Of a DNA stretch of 64,000 nt, positions 38,501 to 47,797 are shown in pieces. Positions within the stretch are counted from its first letter, which is position 1, and each line of letters opens with the position of its first letter. Under the pieces are notes generated by a model. That model had not been told where the DNA came from, did no database searches, and worked only from the letters and a program-made list of their open reading frames with translations. The position numbers were made by a program, and so were the translations under genes. The stretch spans positions 4,250 to 68,249 of the forward strand of contig JACOYB010000004.1 of NCBI GenBank assembly GCA_016182085.1, given 5' to 3'. Source of the DNA: Candidatus Magasanikiibacteriota bacterium. GTDB lineage: Bacteria > Patescibacteriota > Patescibacteriia > Magasanikbacterales > GWA2-37-8.

Positions 38501-39437
38501 GGCTGGCGGCGACGATATCACTCAAGGTTTGCCAAGAGTAGACGAACTCTTTGAAGCTCGCGCTCCAAAGAAACAAGCTATGCTTGCCGAAGTGTCCGGT
38601 GAAATTGAAATAGAAAAAGCCGATGGAAAAATTATTACTTCTCCAAGCGGCAAGAAAATCTTTGAAGGCCGCCGCGGACAGGAAATAATTCATATTCACT
38701 TCTCCGGTGTTGATGAAATGAAGATAAAAACAAAATCCGAAGATGAGCTCATGGTTAAAGATGGAGATTCCGTACAAAAAGATCAGGTAATTTTGGTGCG
38801 CGGCTCATCGGGAGAAGAAGTCTTGGCCAAATATCCAAGCACAGTCAAAGTTGAAAAGAATACCGTTACGCTTACCTACGAAGGCCCGCATGTACGCGAA
38901 TATATCGTACCATTGGGTTACAAAGTGCTGGCAAAGACCGGTGATAAAGTAGAAAAAGGCGACGTGCTTACCGATGGCAGTATCAATCCTCATCAGCTCT
39001 TTGAACTCAAAGGCAGAGAGGCCGTACAGCGATATATTTTACAGGAAGTACAAAATATCTACTCCGCTCAAGGTCAGAAAGTAAATGATAAGCACGTAGA
39101 ACTTATCATTCGCCAAATGTTTAGCCGCGTCTATATAGAAGACGCCGGTGAAACCGACTTGTTGCCGGGTGAAGTGGTAGAAAAATCCCAAATGGATGTT
39201 TCTAATCGCCAAGCCAAAAAAGATGGCACCAAACCTGCTATTGGCCGAGAAATGTTCTTGGGTATTTCCAAAGTTGCTCTCTCCACCCAAAGCTTCTTGT
39301 CCGCCGCTTCCTTCCAGGAAACTGCCAAAGTGCTCATCAATACTTCTATTACCGGTAAGATCGACTACTTGGACGGTTTGAAAGAAAACGTAATTATCGG
39401 CCGCTTAATTCCGGCTGGAACTGGGTTTAAACAGTAA
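35562..39437 (+). CDS. rpoC: DNA-directed RNA polymerase subunit beta'
   Basis: Zinc-binding CX2C..CX2C, NADFDGD catalytic motif, full length. Confidence 0.97.
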   Translation: MNDTIFPADFDAIRLKLASPEVIKGWSYGEVNKPETINYRTQKPEKGGLFAEEIFGPTKDWECYCGKYKKIRYKGIVCDKCGVEVTHSSVRRERMGHIELSTAVAHIWFLRSVPSKIGLILDLSAQSLEKVIYFASFVITHVNEEEKKKTADLLRQEYKSKKKQIEKEGQDQIKSANDKKLGAQALEKIQEETERKHKALEEDFQQADKELKELQVMKIISENKYQELSLRYGHLFEASIGAEGVRNLLSRINLEDTIKKLEEEQSKAKGSKLERIIRRKKVLKSFFLNNIRPEWMVLQAIPVIPPDLRPMVALDGGRFATSDLNDLYRRVINRNNRLRRLLELDAPEVICRNEKRMLQEAVDALIDNNARQAKTVTASTGQKRQLRSLADILKGKQGRFRQNLLGKRVDYSGRSVIVVGPNLNIDECGLPKRMALELFKPFIMSEVIKRELAHNVRSASKYIEAEHDEVWDILEDLTKKTRVLLNRAPTLHRLGIQAFHPRLIEGKAIQLHPLVCTAFNADFDGDQMAVHLPLTAEARWEADNLMAAEKNILKPATGSPVITPKQDIALGCYYLTRYETNDTGEVKNHFSSEKEAILAYRSRVISLQERIKVRFQDVSRFAEGVNPILETSVGRILFNKILPPQLPYFNETINVKKLGHIIRLCLELTNDQQEVAYFLDELKNLGYRYVTKSGYSLGMDDFPAISEKPGMLAESDKMVAIVEEQYQEGLLTQSERHVKILEIWAETKERIVAKNQQTLRKDGPVFAMIDSGARGSWGQLGQVIGMKGLVASPSGDTIELPVKGNFKEGVEVLEFFISSHGTRKGLADTALRTANAGYLTRRLVDVSQDVIVFEEDCGDTNGETFTAAQSKEMGEKLSERIWGRYSLETIKVGNKVIIKEGETIDDKTARYVDEHKLESVRVRSILQCRMQKGVCRKCYGFDLSKNKPVEFGVAVGIIAAQSIGEPGTQLTMRTFHTGGVAGGDDITQGLPRVDELFEARAPKKQAMLAEVSGEIEIEKADGKIITSPSGKKIFEGRRGQEIIHIHFSGVDEMKIKTKSEDELMVKDGDSVQKDQVILVRGSSGEEVLAKYPSTVKVEKNTVTLTYEGPHVREYIVPLGYKVLAKTGDKVEKGDVLTDGSINPHQLFELKGREAVQRYILQEVQNIYSAQGQKVNDKHVELIIRQMFSRVYIEDAGETDLLPGEVVEKSQMDVSNRQAKKDGTKPAIGREMFLGISKVALSTQSFLSAASFQETAKVLINTSITGKIDYLDGLKENVIIGRLIPAGTGFKQ

Positions 39438-39475
39438 CACAGATTTAGACAGATTATAAAGGGATTACACAGATT

Positions 39476-39510
39476 AAAAAACGGCCGCCATTACAGCGGT
39501 CGTTTTTTGT
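39476..39510. terminator. Bidirectional rho-independent terminator after rpoC / TrmB-family gene
   Basis: aaaaaACGGCCGC-cattaca-GCGGTCGTtttttt. Confidence 0.7.
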
Positions 39511-39520
39511 ATTCCCCATT

Positions 39521-40255
39521 TTATAATCGATCCCACAGTAGCTTAAAGATTTTTCGCTGAAACTGGGCAAAAGTCGGGCTTTCAATAATAGACGCAACTT
39601 CATTTTTAAAATCAATAAATGATACTTTGTCCCGGTAAATAAATTGGGTTATATCATACATAAATAGATCGTATTTACTCGGTACGGTTTTAAATAAACG
39701 GCCCAAGCGTTTTTCTTTGCCCTTACGATTTTTGGTAATTTCATTGGTAATAATCAACCAATCAACCTCAGTTTTATCTAAAATACGTTCCCGATATTGG
39801 CGCGGAATATACCGATCATATTTAGTATGATCTTTTGGTGATTCGTAGCGGTAGATTATGTCTGATTTTTTAACAGTGCTGAGAAAATCAAAATACGCCT
39901 GGCGGATACCTTGCTCGCCATAGTAATACCGAATTACCGGTCGGTTTAGACTGGCAGCGTAGGTATGCATAAGAGCCGGAAGCTCTGTGCTTAGATTATC
40001 CTCAATGCGTCTGACCAGATGTTTTAGATTTTCCGGATGTTCAGCGCTATATACGTTACGTTTCCCTTTTTTAGATTCTAGCACCAACCCTTTTTCTATA
40101 AGGATAGGTATATGACGATAGATCATAGGACGATACAAGCCAGTGCGCTCGGCAATATCGCTTATGCCAAGCACACCGCCTTCCACGAGCGTTCGATATA
40201 TAGTGCTTTCTTCTTGGCTTAAGCCCAGTTGTGACAGAGCATCAATTTTTTTCAT
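39521..40255 (-). CDS. TrmB-family winged-helix transcriptional regulator
   Basis: N-terminal LSQLGLSQEESTIYRTLVEGGVLGISDIAERTGLYRPMIYRHIPILIEKGLV typical of the TrmB N-domain. Confidence 0.6.
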   Translation of the reverse strand: MKKIDALSQLGLSQEESTIYRTLVEGGVLGISDIAERTGLYRPMIYRHIPILIEKGLVLESKKGKRNVYSAEHPENLKHLVRRIEDNLSTELPALMHTYAASLNRPVIRYYYGEQGIRQAYFDFLSTVKKSDIIYRYESPKDHTKYDRYIPRQYRERILDKTEVDWLIITNEITKNRKGKEKRLGRLFKTVPSKYDLFMYDITQFIYRDKVSFIDFKNEVASIIESPTFAQFQRKIFKLLWDRL

Positions 40256-40446
40256 AGTATTGTATTATTAGTAATACACTTTTTATATTACTTTTTTATT
40301 TAATAAATAGATACTTTTAGCTTTATAAAATAATTATAGTACGAATTATAGTACAAATCAACATATAGAGTGGGTAGATTGGTAGAGTATAGATAGATCT
40401 TTCACAATACGAAAAACCAAAGTGTCAGATCTAGAAAGGATTGTGT

Positions 40447-41319
40447 ATGAAAACGCTTCTTATCGGTCTTGGTCAAATTGGTCTCGGCCTCATCGCTCCC
40501 ACTTTCCAGAAGGCAGGATACGCAATTGTTGGTACTGATGCGAATGAAGATCGTCTCAGCGCCCTTCGTCATGGATATATTCTCAAAACTCCCAGCAAAG
40601 TTGAGAATATAAATATTGATGTCGAAAGTATGGATAAAGTCACGGAAAATTTTGATTTAGTTGTGACCTCTGTTGGTCGGAAACATTTAGGCAAGGTTGC
40701 GGTTTGGTGCCAGGAGAAAGGAATTGTTGCTCCTGTGCTTATGGCAGAGAATCTGCCCGATCCAGTTAGTTTTTTTCCTGAGCAAATCCCGATTGTTATT
40801 GATCGAATTTGCCCCAGAATAGAAACACAGGGTAGCTTGTTGACGGTCATAGCTGAAGACTACTACAAGATTGTATCTTTGCAGAATCCGATAACTAGTT
40901 CGTTGGCAGTGGTGGAAGCCGTGGAACTCAAAGATTCGGAATTGAGCGTTGAAAGCAGAAGGAAGCAGAAGATGTTTACAGTGAATACTTGCCATGTTCT
41001 TGCTGCTCTTTTCGGCCAGCAGTTTGGTTGTTCGTTGGTTGAGGAATCTGCCAGACATCCCGAAGTTGTATCCAGAATTATGGCTGTGGTTTCCGAGGTC
41101 GGGCCATGGTTGGGTTTTGACTCTCAAGGCGCCGCAGCAAGAGCAAGTGAGATCCTGTTGAGATTTGCTAATCCGATTCAAGATTCACTGTCCAGAATCC
41201 TTAGCACAACTAACCGTACCTCTGCTCTAAGGTATATTGAGATCCCGCTTAACGGCCTTCGTTCGCTGGGTATTCAAGCGCCCGTCTTGGAGGAAGCCTA
41301 TTTGCTCCTAAGTTCCTAG
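40447..41319 (+). CDS. Putative NAD(P)-binding dehydrogenase (GxGxxG Rossmann N-terminus; possibly mannitol-1-phosphate dehydrogenase-like)
   Basis: LLIGLGQIGLG at N-terminus; divergent from sugar-regulator-like TrmB gene; specific family uncertain. Confidence 0.4.
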   Translation: MKTLLIGLGQIGLGLIAPTFQKAGYAIVGTDANEDRLSALRHGYILKTPSKVENINIDVESMDKVTENFDLVVTSVGRKHLGKVAVWCQEKGIVAPVLMAENLPDPVSFFPEQIPIVIDRICPRIETQGSLLTVIAEDYYKIVSLQNPITSSLAVVEAVELKDSELSVESRRKQKMFTVNTCHVLAALFGQQFGCSLVEESARHPEVVSRIMAVVSEVGPWLGFDSQGAAARASEILLRFANPIQDSLSRILSTTNRTSALRYIEIPLNGLRSLGIQAPVLEEAYLLLSS

Positions 41320-41688
41320 TAATATAGTCTTGAGGTTGTTCTTTCCTTGGCTCACCGTTTGTGTGGGCCTGGTTGTTTTATAAGTCGGTAGAGAAAAAAT
41401 TTAAAATATACTAGTTTAGATAGATTTATGACTATTTTTTACCATTTTTCCTCTTGACCCCGTATAATTACGCCCGAAATCGCTTATGCAAATTGCGATA
41501 TATGGGATTATTTTACTAAAGTTGATAATAATTAATTTTAAAAGAAATTATCATATAGTTGCGATTACCAATTTGCTCGGGCGTATCTATACGGGGAATT
41601 GTGGATAAGTTGAGTAAAAATATGGTATAATAATTACGTAATTGGCGGATGAGAACTTTTTCAAATAATTATTTTTTAAAATAAAAAT

Positions 41689-44600
41689 ATGCGCGGAGGG
41701 AAATTTCGTCTTTGTCGTGGCTCGGTCACGATTTTTTTGGTTTTTACTGTTGGTATCCTCGTGGCGGGAGTGCTGGCGGTAGTTTTGGTGTTGCGACCAA
41801 AAACATCGGTGCCGGACAAGGGTTTGCCAGGGATATCTAAAACAATGGGCGGATTTGTGAAGACGCCAATTGGCGCAGCTACGCCGTCAGTTAAATTGGA
41901 AAGCCGTGTGCTTGAATTGACACCGGCGACAACTAAAACATTTTTAACGGAATTGGCGCAATCTGATAAATCAACGCAGCATGTCTATGTCCGCTTGGCG
42001 CGGTATCCGCAACTGGTTGATCGGGATACGTTGGAAAAAGCCGGAGTGACGCTTCTGGATTTTCTCGGCCAGCGCGTGTATATGGCCGTTGTTTCTGGTA
42101 AATTCACGGTTGATGATTTGGGCAAACAGCCGCTGGTTGAGGCCTTGGCAAAGATTGAGGATGCCGATAAAGCTCATCAAGATATTTGGAAAGAGAGATT
42201 TTTTGTTTTTGTCGTTAAACCGGGAGAAGATGAAAATGAGCCGGAGATTAATTATGTGCAAAATTCCGACGGTACGTTGAATTTAACGGTAGAATTTTTT
42301 GCCGATGTGGCCGCATCAGTCGCGAGAAATATTTTACAGGACGCTGGCGGCGCTAGAAGCGCCATGGGGCGTGGGCTGTGGGAAGTGAAATCAGCGCCCG
42401 CCTCGGCTGTTCGTCGGTTGGCTGCTTACGATGCAGTGAAACGTGTTGATCCGGGTCCGGCGCCATTTATGGCGGACAACAATCGCAGCCGCGCCGCGCT
42501 TAATGTTGATACCGTGCAGAATTTCACCACGGCCACCAATGTTTTTGGCGGTTTGAGCGGTTTGGGCGTGCAAGCGATTATTTTTGAAAGCATGATGGAT
42601 GAAACGCATGATGATTTTAGTTTGCTTGATGCCGCTAATAATATTATCGGCAGTCGGGTTGCCCGCCATCAGCCATCGGCGCATGCTACTCATGGCAGTC
42701 ATGCTACGCATGTGGCGGGTATTGTCGGCGGCAACGGGTTTATGAGTACAAGCACTATTATTGTTCAATGTCCGGGGACACCGGCGGTCAGCGGCACCCC
42801 TTGGCTGTTCCGCGGCATGGCACCACAGGCCACGCTTCTTGATTATGCCAGTTGGGAACGGACGCCAGACGGCATTCTTGATGCGGTTGCTAATTTTGGC
42901 ACCGAGTTGTCCAATAATTCATACTCAATTACATATGACGGGGATTATAGCGCCGCTATGCAAATCAACGACCGGCTGATCCGCGGTTCGGCCGTTTCAT
43001 CAGGGGGCGTAGCAGTGCCAGGCCGATCGATGATGTTTTCGGCAGGTAATCATGGATCCTATACATATAACGGCGGCGAGCAGGTTGGCTATTTTGCTCT
43101 GACTAAACAAAATAAAAATGACACCATGGTGGGGAATTGGAATGCCTGTGGCGCTACGCTGGCCGGTGGCAACATTGGTACCAGTATGGGTCCTGCTTAT
43201 GACGGGCGTATCAAGCCGGATGTGGTTGCTTCGGGCAGCTATGTTATATCCACGCAAAGCAACAATAATGGTTACACCAACAAATCAGGAACCTCAATGG
43301 CTACTCCGGCAGTGACTGGCGTCAGCGCGCTAGTTCTACAACAATACGCCACGACTTATGGTGTCAATCTTGATGTGAATCCGCCGCGTCCTTCAACTAT
43401 TAAAGCAGTATTAGTTAATACCGCAACTGATATTGACTGGGCAACGGCCGCGCCCGCCGGCTATGTTTATCCGCCCGCCGGCGGTATAACTGGCTGCGCT
43501 CCCGGGCTTCTCAATAATCCGGCATTTTGCGTGGGTGACGGCCCGGTGGTTTTCTTTCCCGGTCCTGACTTTGCGACTGGTTGGGGCATGGTTAACGCCC
43601 AAGCCGCGGTGAATGCGGTGGCGGCGCAAACTTTATTTGAAGATCAGATCGATGTGACTGGACAATTCCGTGGCATACAGTTTAGCGTTGCTTCGGGTAC
43701 AACCAATATGCGCATGACGCTGGCCTGGGATGATGTGGAAGGCAGTCCCGCAATTCTCGATACGAGCCCGCACTTGGTTAATGATCTTGATCTTGAGCTG
43801 ACTGACCCGGCCGGAGTCGTGTTTTACCCTTGGCAGTTGAATCAAGCCATTGCTGATGTTGCGGGTGTGCCATTGCCTAATGAACAGCAATATCCTGGTA
43901 CCGGTATCGTAATTACCACTGCGTTGGCACCGACAGCCGCGCCTATTGACTGCGATGGCAGCGCTGCTGATCCGAATCCATGCATACCCCAGAACGACTA
44001 TCCGGGCACCATTCCGGTAGCGCCCGCCGGCCAGGGGCGTGATCACCTCAACAATGTCGAGCAAGTATTTGTCTCGGCGCCGGTTGCCGGCACGTGGAAC
44101 TTGCGCGTTACCGGCTTCCAGATCCCTGATCCGGCTAATCCCCAGCCATACTCCATCGCCGGTTTGTCGGCCGCCGGCAATGCCTGGCCTGACCTGACGC
44201 CGATTGGCGATGTAACTATTGATGAAGGCGCGACCATGATTATTCCAATTACCGCCGTTGATCCCGAAGGCACGCCAATCACGCTTACCGCCAGCGGTCT
44301 GCCACCGTTTGCCGCCTTTGCCGATTTGGGTGGTGGCGCCGGCACGCTTACTCTGACACCAAGTTGCACTGACACTGGCGTCTATCGCGGTCTGGCTATC
44401 ATTGCTACTGATGGCGGCGCGCCGATAAAATATGAAGGCCAATATATAACCATTACCGTTAATCCGGCCAACTGCGCTCCGGCTATTGATCCGGTTGCCG
44501 ATGTGACTATTACCGAAGGCGATACACTTGATGTGCCGGTGAGCGCTACCGATCCGGAAGGCGATGCGTTGGTTTTGGCCGCTCCTGATTTGCCGCCGTT

Positions 44601-46827
44601 TGCCGCCTTTGCGCCAACAGGTCCGGGTACCGGGGCAATAAATTTGGCGCCAAGTTGCAGTGATGCCGGTGTTTATGCAGACCGGACGATTACTGCCACC
44701 GATAGTGGCGCTCCACCCCAGACAATGACTGAACTCTTTACGATTACCGTCGACGATGATTTGGTTCCGGTGGCTAATGCCGGAGCGGACATCGTTACGT
44801 ACAGCGCCATGGCTACCGTACTCAACGGCGCCGCCAGTAGCGATCCGGAGGCCAAGCCATTGACCTATAGTTGGGCACAGACCGCGGGTACACCGGTGGT
44901 TCTGGCCGGCCTCGATACAGCCACGCCGAGCTTTACGGCACCAACGGTCGCCGCCAGCGAAACGCTTACCTTCACCGTAACCGTTACCGATTCGTGCGCG
45001 CAACCTGCCGCCGACACTGTCGTTGTGACTGTCCGTCCGCTCGTTGATGCTTCTATTATCCTCGATCGTTCCGGCAGTATGATGTGGCCTGTGCCGGCCG
45101 AGGGCGGCGGCACCATTACCAAGATGAACTCATTAAAAAATTCGGTCAATCTTTTCCTCTCGCTCTTTGTTAATGAACGCCCGGGCGCGCCTGATAAGCT
45201 CGGTATTGTTAAGTTTGCCGACAACACGGCGGCGGATACGCAAACAATCCGTCCGCTGGCCGATGTCGAACCGGCGGACATAGCGCCTGCCGGCGCCGTG
45301 AGCGCGCTGATTTCCGGTCTGACCACCGATGCGACCACGTGGATTCGCGGCGGTCTTAATCTTGGATTGGCGGAACTGTTCGGTCCGGCCGGAGTAGCCA
45401 GTCACAAAAAAGCGATGGTACTCTTCTCCGACGGCAAAGAAAATGAATCGCCTTTGACGCAGGATCCGCCGCCGGCGCCGGATGGGGTTTTAAGCGATCC
45501 TGATTTTATCAGTACGTCAGTATATGCGGTCGGCTTTGGCGTCGCTGGCGCGGCCGGCGATACCGGTATTGATGAGGCGCTCTTAACCACCATTCAAAAC
45601 GTCGGTGCCGCCGATGGTTTCGTCAATGTTACCGCCGAGCCGTTGGCGCTTACCAAGTTCTTTGTTGAGGCGTTGGCCACCATGTTCGATCAAACCATAT
45701 CGCTTGATCCGGTGACCACGTTATCCGGAGCCGGGTCATCGTTCCAGTCGGCTACCATCAGTAGCGCCGATCGCCAGGCCACGTTCGTGCTTACTTGGAA
45801 TCAGCCGCAGACCGATGCGCTCGACCTTAAACTGCGTACGCCCGAAGGTGAACTGATTACTACCGCCGACGCCGCGCCGGGAACACCGATTGAATATGTG
45901 AGTGGCGCGACGTTCAAGTACTTTATCGTGCGTTTTCCGCTTACCGGTCGTTTGCGCGGCATTCACGCCGGCACTTGGCAGATGGAAGTCAGTCGCAATC
46001 AGGCGCCCGCCAATCAGCTGGCGACCTTTGCCACGGCGGTCATGGTAGATAGTCCTAGTTTGCGCTGGATGCCTTCAATACCATCATCTATGCTGTTTAC
46101 CGGGGATGAATTCGGCATCCGGACATCGCTGCTTGAAAACGGCAAGCCGATTGCCAATGCCAAAGTGTTTGCCGACATTGAACGCCCAATAGTCAACCCG
46201 CATCAGGTTGTGGTCACGGCCAAGCTCGATCCGCGCCAAGCGTATATTCCATCTGTTCTCAAAACCGATCCGCCGTCGCCGTATGACCAGAAATTGCTTC
46301 AGATTATTAAAAACGCCCGCGGTAAAAATCCATTTCCTGTGAGCAAGGAGCGGGTGCAACTCTTTGATGACGGTAAGCATAATGATGGCAAAGCGAACGA
46401 TGGCACGTATGGCGCCAATCTAACTAAAACCAATGTTGGCGGTGTCTACCGCATTCATCTGCGCGCCCAAGGTAAAAGTTCGCAGTACGGGGCATTTACC
46501 CGTGAGTCCAGCCGGAGTATTACCGCTATCATCAAAGCTAGTCCCAAGGCATCGAATGTTACCATTGCGCCGATTACCAAAGCTTCAGCCCGTGGGACCA
46601 TATACCAATTGACGGTGACACCGAAAGACAGCCAAGGAAACATAGTTGGCGCTGGCTATGCTAGTATGGTTAAAGTAAGTGGCGCCGATATCAAGCCGAT
46701 TGAAGCGGTAGAAGACAAGACCAATGGCAGTTACACACTGCGTTTTACGGCCGACCCGCGGGCCATTCTGACTGTCCGGTTTGGTGATGAGAAGCTTGCC
46801 AGTATGGTAGTTGAAAAATCTCAATAG
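41689..46827 (+). CDS. Giant (1712 aa) secreted subtilisin-like serine protease (S8) with cadherin-like/Ig-like repeats and a von Willebrand factor A domain
   Basis: Signal/TM; HGSHATHVAGIVGG (His) and GTSMATPAVTG (Ser) motifs; three ~90-aa repeats (DPEGTPITLTASGLPPFAAF..); VDASIILDRSGSM vWA MIDAS motif. Confidence 0.85.
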   Translation: MRGGKFRLCRGSVTIFLVFTVGILVAGVLAVVLVLRPKTSVPDKGLPGISKTMGGFVKTPIGAATPSVKLESRVLELTPATTKTFLTELAQSDKSTQHVYVRLARYPQLVDRDTLEKAGVTLLDFLGQRVYMAVVSGKFTVDDLGKQPLVEALAKIEDADKAHQDIWKERFFVFVVKPGEDENEPEINYVQNSDGTLNLTVEFFADVAASVARNILQDAGGARSAMGRGLWEVKSAPASAVRRLAAYDAVKRVDPGPAPFMADNNRSRAALNVDTVQNFTTATNVFGGLSGLGVQAIIFESMMDETHDDFSLLDAANNIIGSRVARHQPSAHATHGSHATHVAGIVGGNGFMSTSTIIVQCPGTPAVSGTPWLFRGMAPQATLLDYASWERTPDGILDAVANFGTELSNNSYSITYDGDYSAAMQINDRLIRGSAVSSGGVAVPGRSMMFSAGNHGSYTYNGGEQVGYFALTKQNKNDTMVGNWNACGATLAGGNIGTSMGPAYDGRIKPDVVASGSYVISTQSNNNGYTNKSGTSMATPAVTGVSALVLQQYATTYGVNLDVNPPRPSTIKAVLVNTATDIDWATAAPAGYVYPPAGGITGCAPGLLNNPAFCVGDGPVVFFPGPDFATGWGMVNAQAAVNAVAAQTLFEDQIDVTGQFRGIQFSVASGTTNMRMTLAWDDVEGSPAILDTSPHLVNDLDLELTDPAGVVFYPWQLNQAIADVAGVPLPNEQQYPGTGIVITTALAPTAAPIDCDGSAADPNPCIPQNDYPGTIPVAPAGQGRDHLNNVEQVFVSAPVAGTWNLRVTGFQIPDPANPQPYSIAGLSAAGNAWPDLTPIGDVTIDEGATMIIPITAVDPEGTPITLTASGLPPFAAFADLGGGAGTLTLTPSCTDTGVYRGLAIIATDGGAPIKYEGQYITITVNPANCAPAIDPVADVTITEGDTLDVPVSATDPEGDALVLAAPDLPPFAAFAPTGPGTGAINLAPSCSDAGVYADRTITATDSGAPPQTMTELFTITVDDDLVPVANAGADIVTYSAMATVLNGAASSDPEAKPLTYSWAQTAGTPVVLAGLDTATPSFTAPTVAASETLTFTVTVTDSCAQPAADTVVVTVRPLVDASIILDRSGSMMWPVPAEGGGTITKMNSLKNSVNLFLSLFVNERPGAPDKLGIVKFADNTAADTQTIRPLADVEPADIAPAGAVSALISGLTTDATTWIRGGLNLGLAELFGPAGVASHKKAMVLFSDGKENESPLTQDPPPAPDGVLSDPDFISTSVYAVGFGVAGAAGDTGIDEALLTTIQNVGAADGFVNVTAEPLALTKFFVEALATMFDQTISLDPVTTLSGAGSSFQSATISSADRQATFVLTWNQPQTDALDLKLRTPEGELITTADAAPGTPIEYVSGATFKYFIVRFPLTGRLRGIHAGTWQMEVSRNQAPANQLATFATAVMVDSPSLRWMPSIPSSMLFTGDEFGIRTSLLENGKPIANAKVFADIERPIVNPHQVVVTAKLDPRQAYIPSVLKTDPPSPYDQKLLQIIKNARGKNPFPVSKERVQLFDDGKHNDGKANDGTYGANLTKTNVGGVYRIHLRAQGKSSQYGAFTRESSRSITAIIKASPKASNVTIAPITKASARGTIYQLTVTPKDSQGNIVGAGYASMVKVSGADIKPIEAVEDKTNGSYTLRFTADPRAILTVRFGDEKLASMVVEKSQ

Positions 46828-46852
46828 TATTTATTTATAATCTTCATACTAT

Positions 46853-47554
46853 ATGCCGGAACCAAAAAAGATACTCCTCGAAGAGCCATATAAGGTTTCT
46901 ACCATTCCAGTTAAACCGTGGAGCAAAAACGCGCTTGAATCCTTGCGCGGTCAGGTGAGCGACTTGTTATTTAACACCGGCGCTGTCGACCGACCGCGCG
47001 GACCGATTTTACTTGATACTACCACTACGACGCCGAAGAGGCCGCCGCGTGGACCGGTGGTCGGCGAACCTCCCGTCGAACCGGGTGCAGGCGAACCGGC
47101 AGGCGGCGGAAATCCTCTGGGCGGAGGAAATAACCAACAGCCCGACCAGCCAGCGCCGCGTGTTATTCCGTGCGACAATGTGATTATCGATGAGAGCGAT
47201 GGGGCTGGCGGCAATCCTCGTCGAGGTGGTGGCAACGGCGGTGGCATGCCGCCCGGAGCTGGCCAGCAGCCACGCGAGCGAATCGTTGAAATCCCCGAGG
47301 ATCTACAGCCATGTATATTTACCCAGCATCACACCGCGGATAACGGTGAAGGGTGGGTGGTGCTTGTCCATATCGAGGGAGGGCGCATGAAGCGAGTAGT
47401 TGTCATTGATGAGAAAGGTAACCAGCGATACATTCATCAGAATGTCGGCAAGATAATCAAGGTGCATAAAGACAATAATAAAATAACCGTGGTCGGCGAC
47501 AAGAAAACTTGTATTTACTTCATTGTCACAAATCAACTGGTTTGTTATTCCTAA
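46853..47554 (+). CDS. Hypothetical protein with Gly/Pro-rich low-complexity centre
   Basis: ORF immediately downstream of the protease, shared terminator. Confidence 0.45.
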   Translation: MPEPKKILLEEPYKVSTIPVKPWSKNALESLRGQVSDLLFNTGAVDRPRGPILLDTTTTTPKRPPRGPVVGEPPVEPGAGEPAGGGNPLGGGNNQQPDQPAPRVIPCDNVIIDESDGAGGNPRRGGGNGGGMPPGAGQQPRERIVEIPEDLQPCIFTQHHTADNGEGWVVLVHIEGGRMKRVVVIDEKGNQRYIHQNVGKIIKVHKDNNKITVVGDKKTCIYFIVTNQLVCYS

Positions 47555-47568
47555 ACAGTTTGTAAGAT

Positions 47569-47612
47569 AAAACTCCGGCCGCCTAAAACGGCCGGAGTTT
47601 TATTTATTTTTA
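47569..47612 (+). terminator. Rho-independent terminator
   Basis: aaaaCTCCGGCCG-cctaaaa-CGGCCGGAGtttta ttt attttt. Confidence 0.8.
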
Positions 47613-47797
47613 TAGGCGTTATAATGTAAAAAAATACCGTTGAGGTTTATTCTCAACGGATAGTATTTGCGCGTTAAGGCAATTCCAAAAACATTTCAAA
47701 CATCTCACAACAAGTCAATGGCCAAGCTTATGCAATAAATTGACGCACTATAAATTAAGATATACAATTGCGGGTATATACATTAAATATTTAAAAT

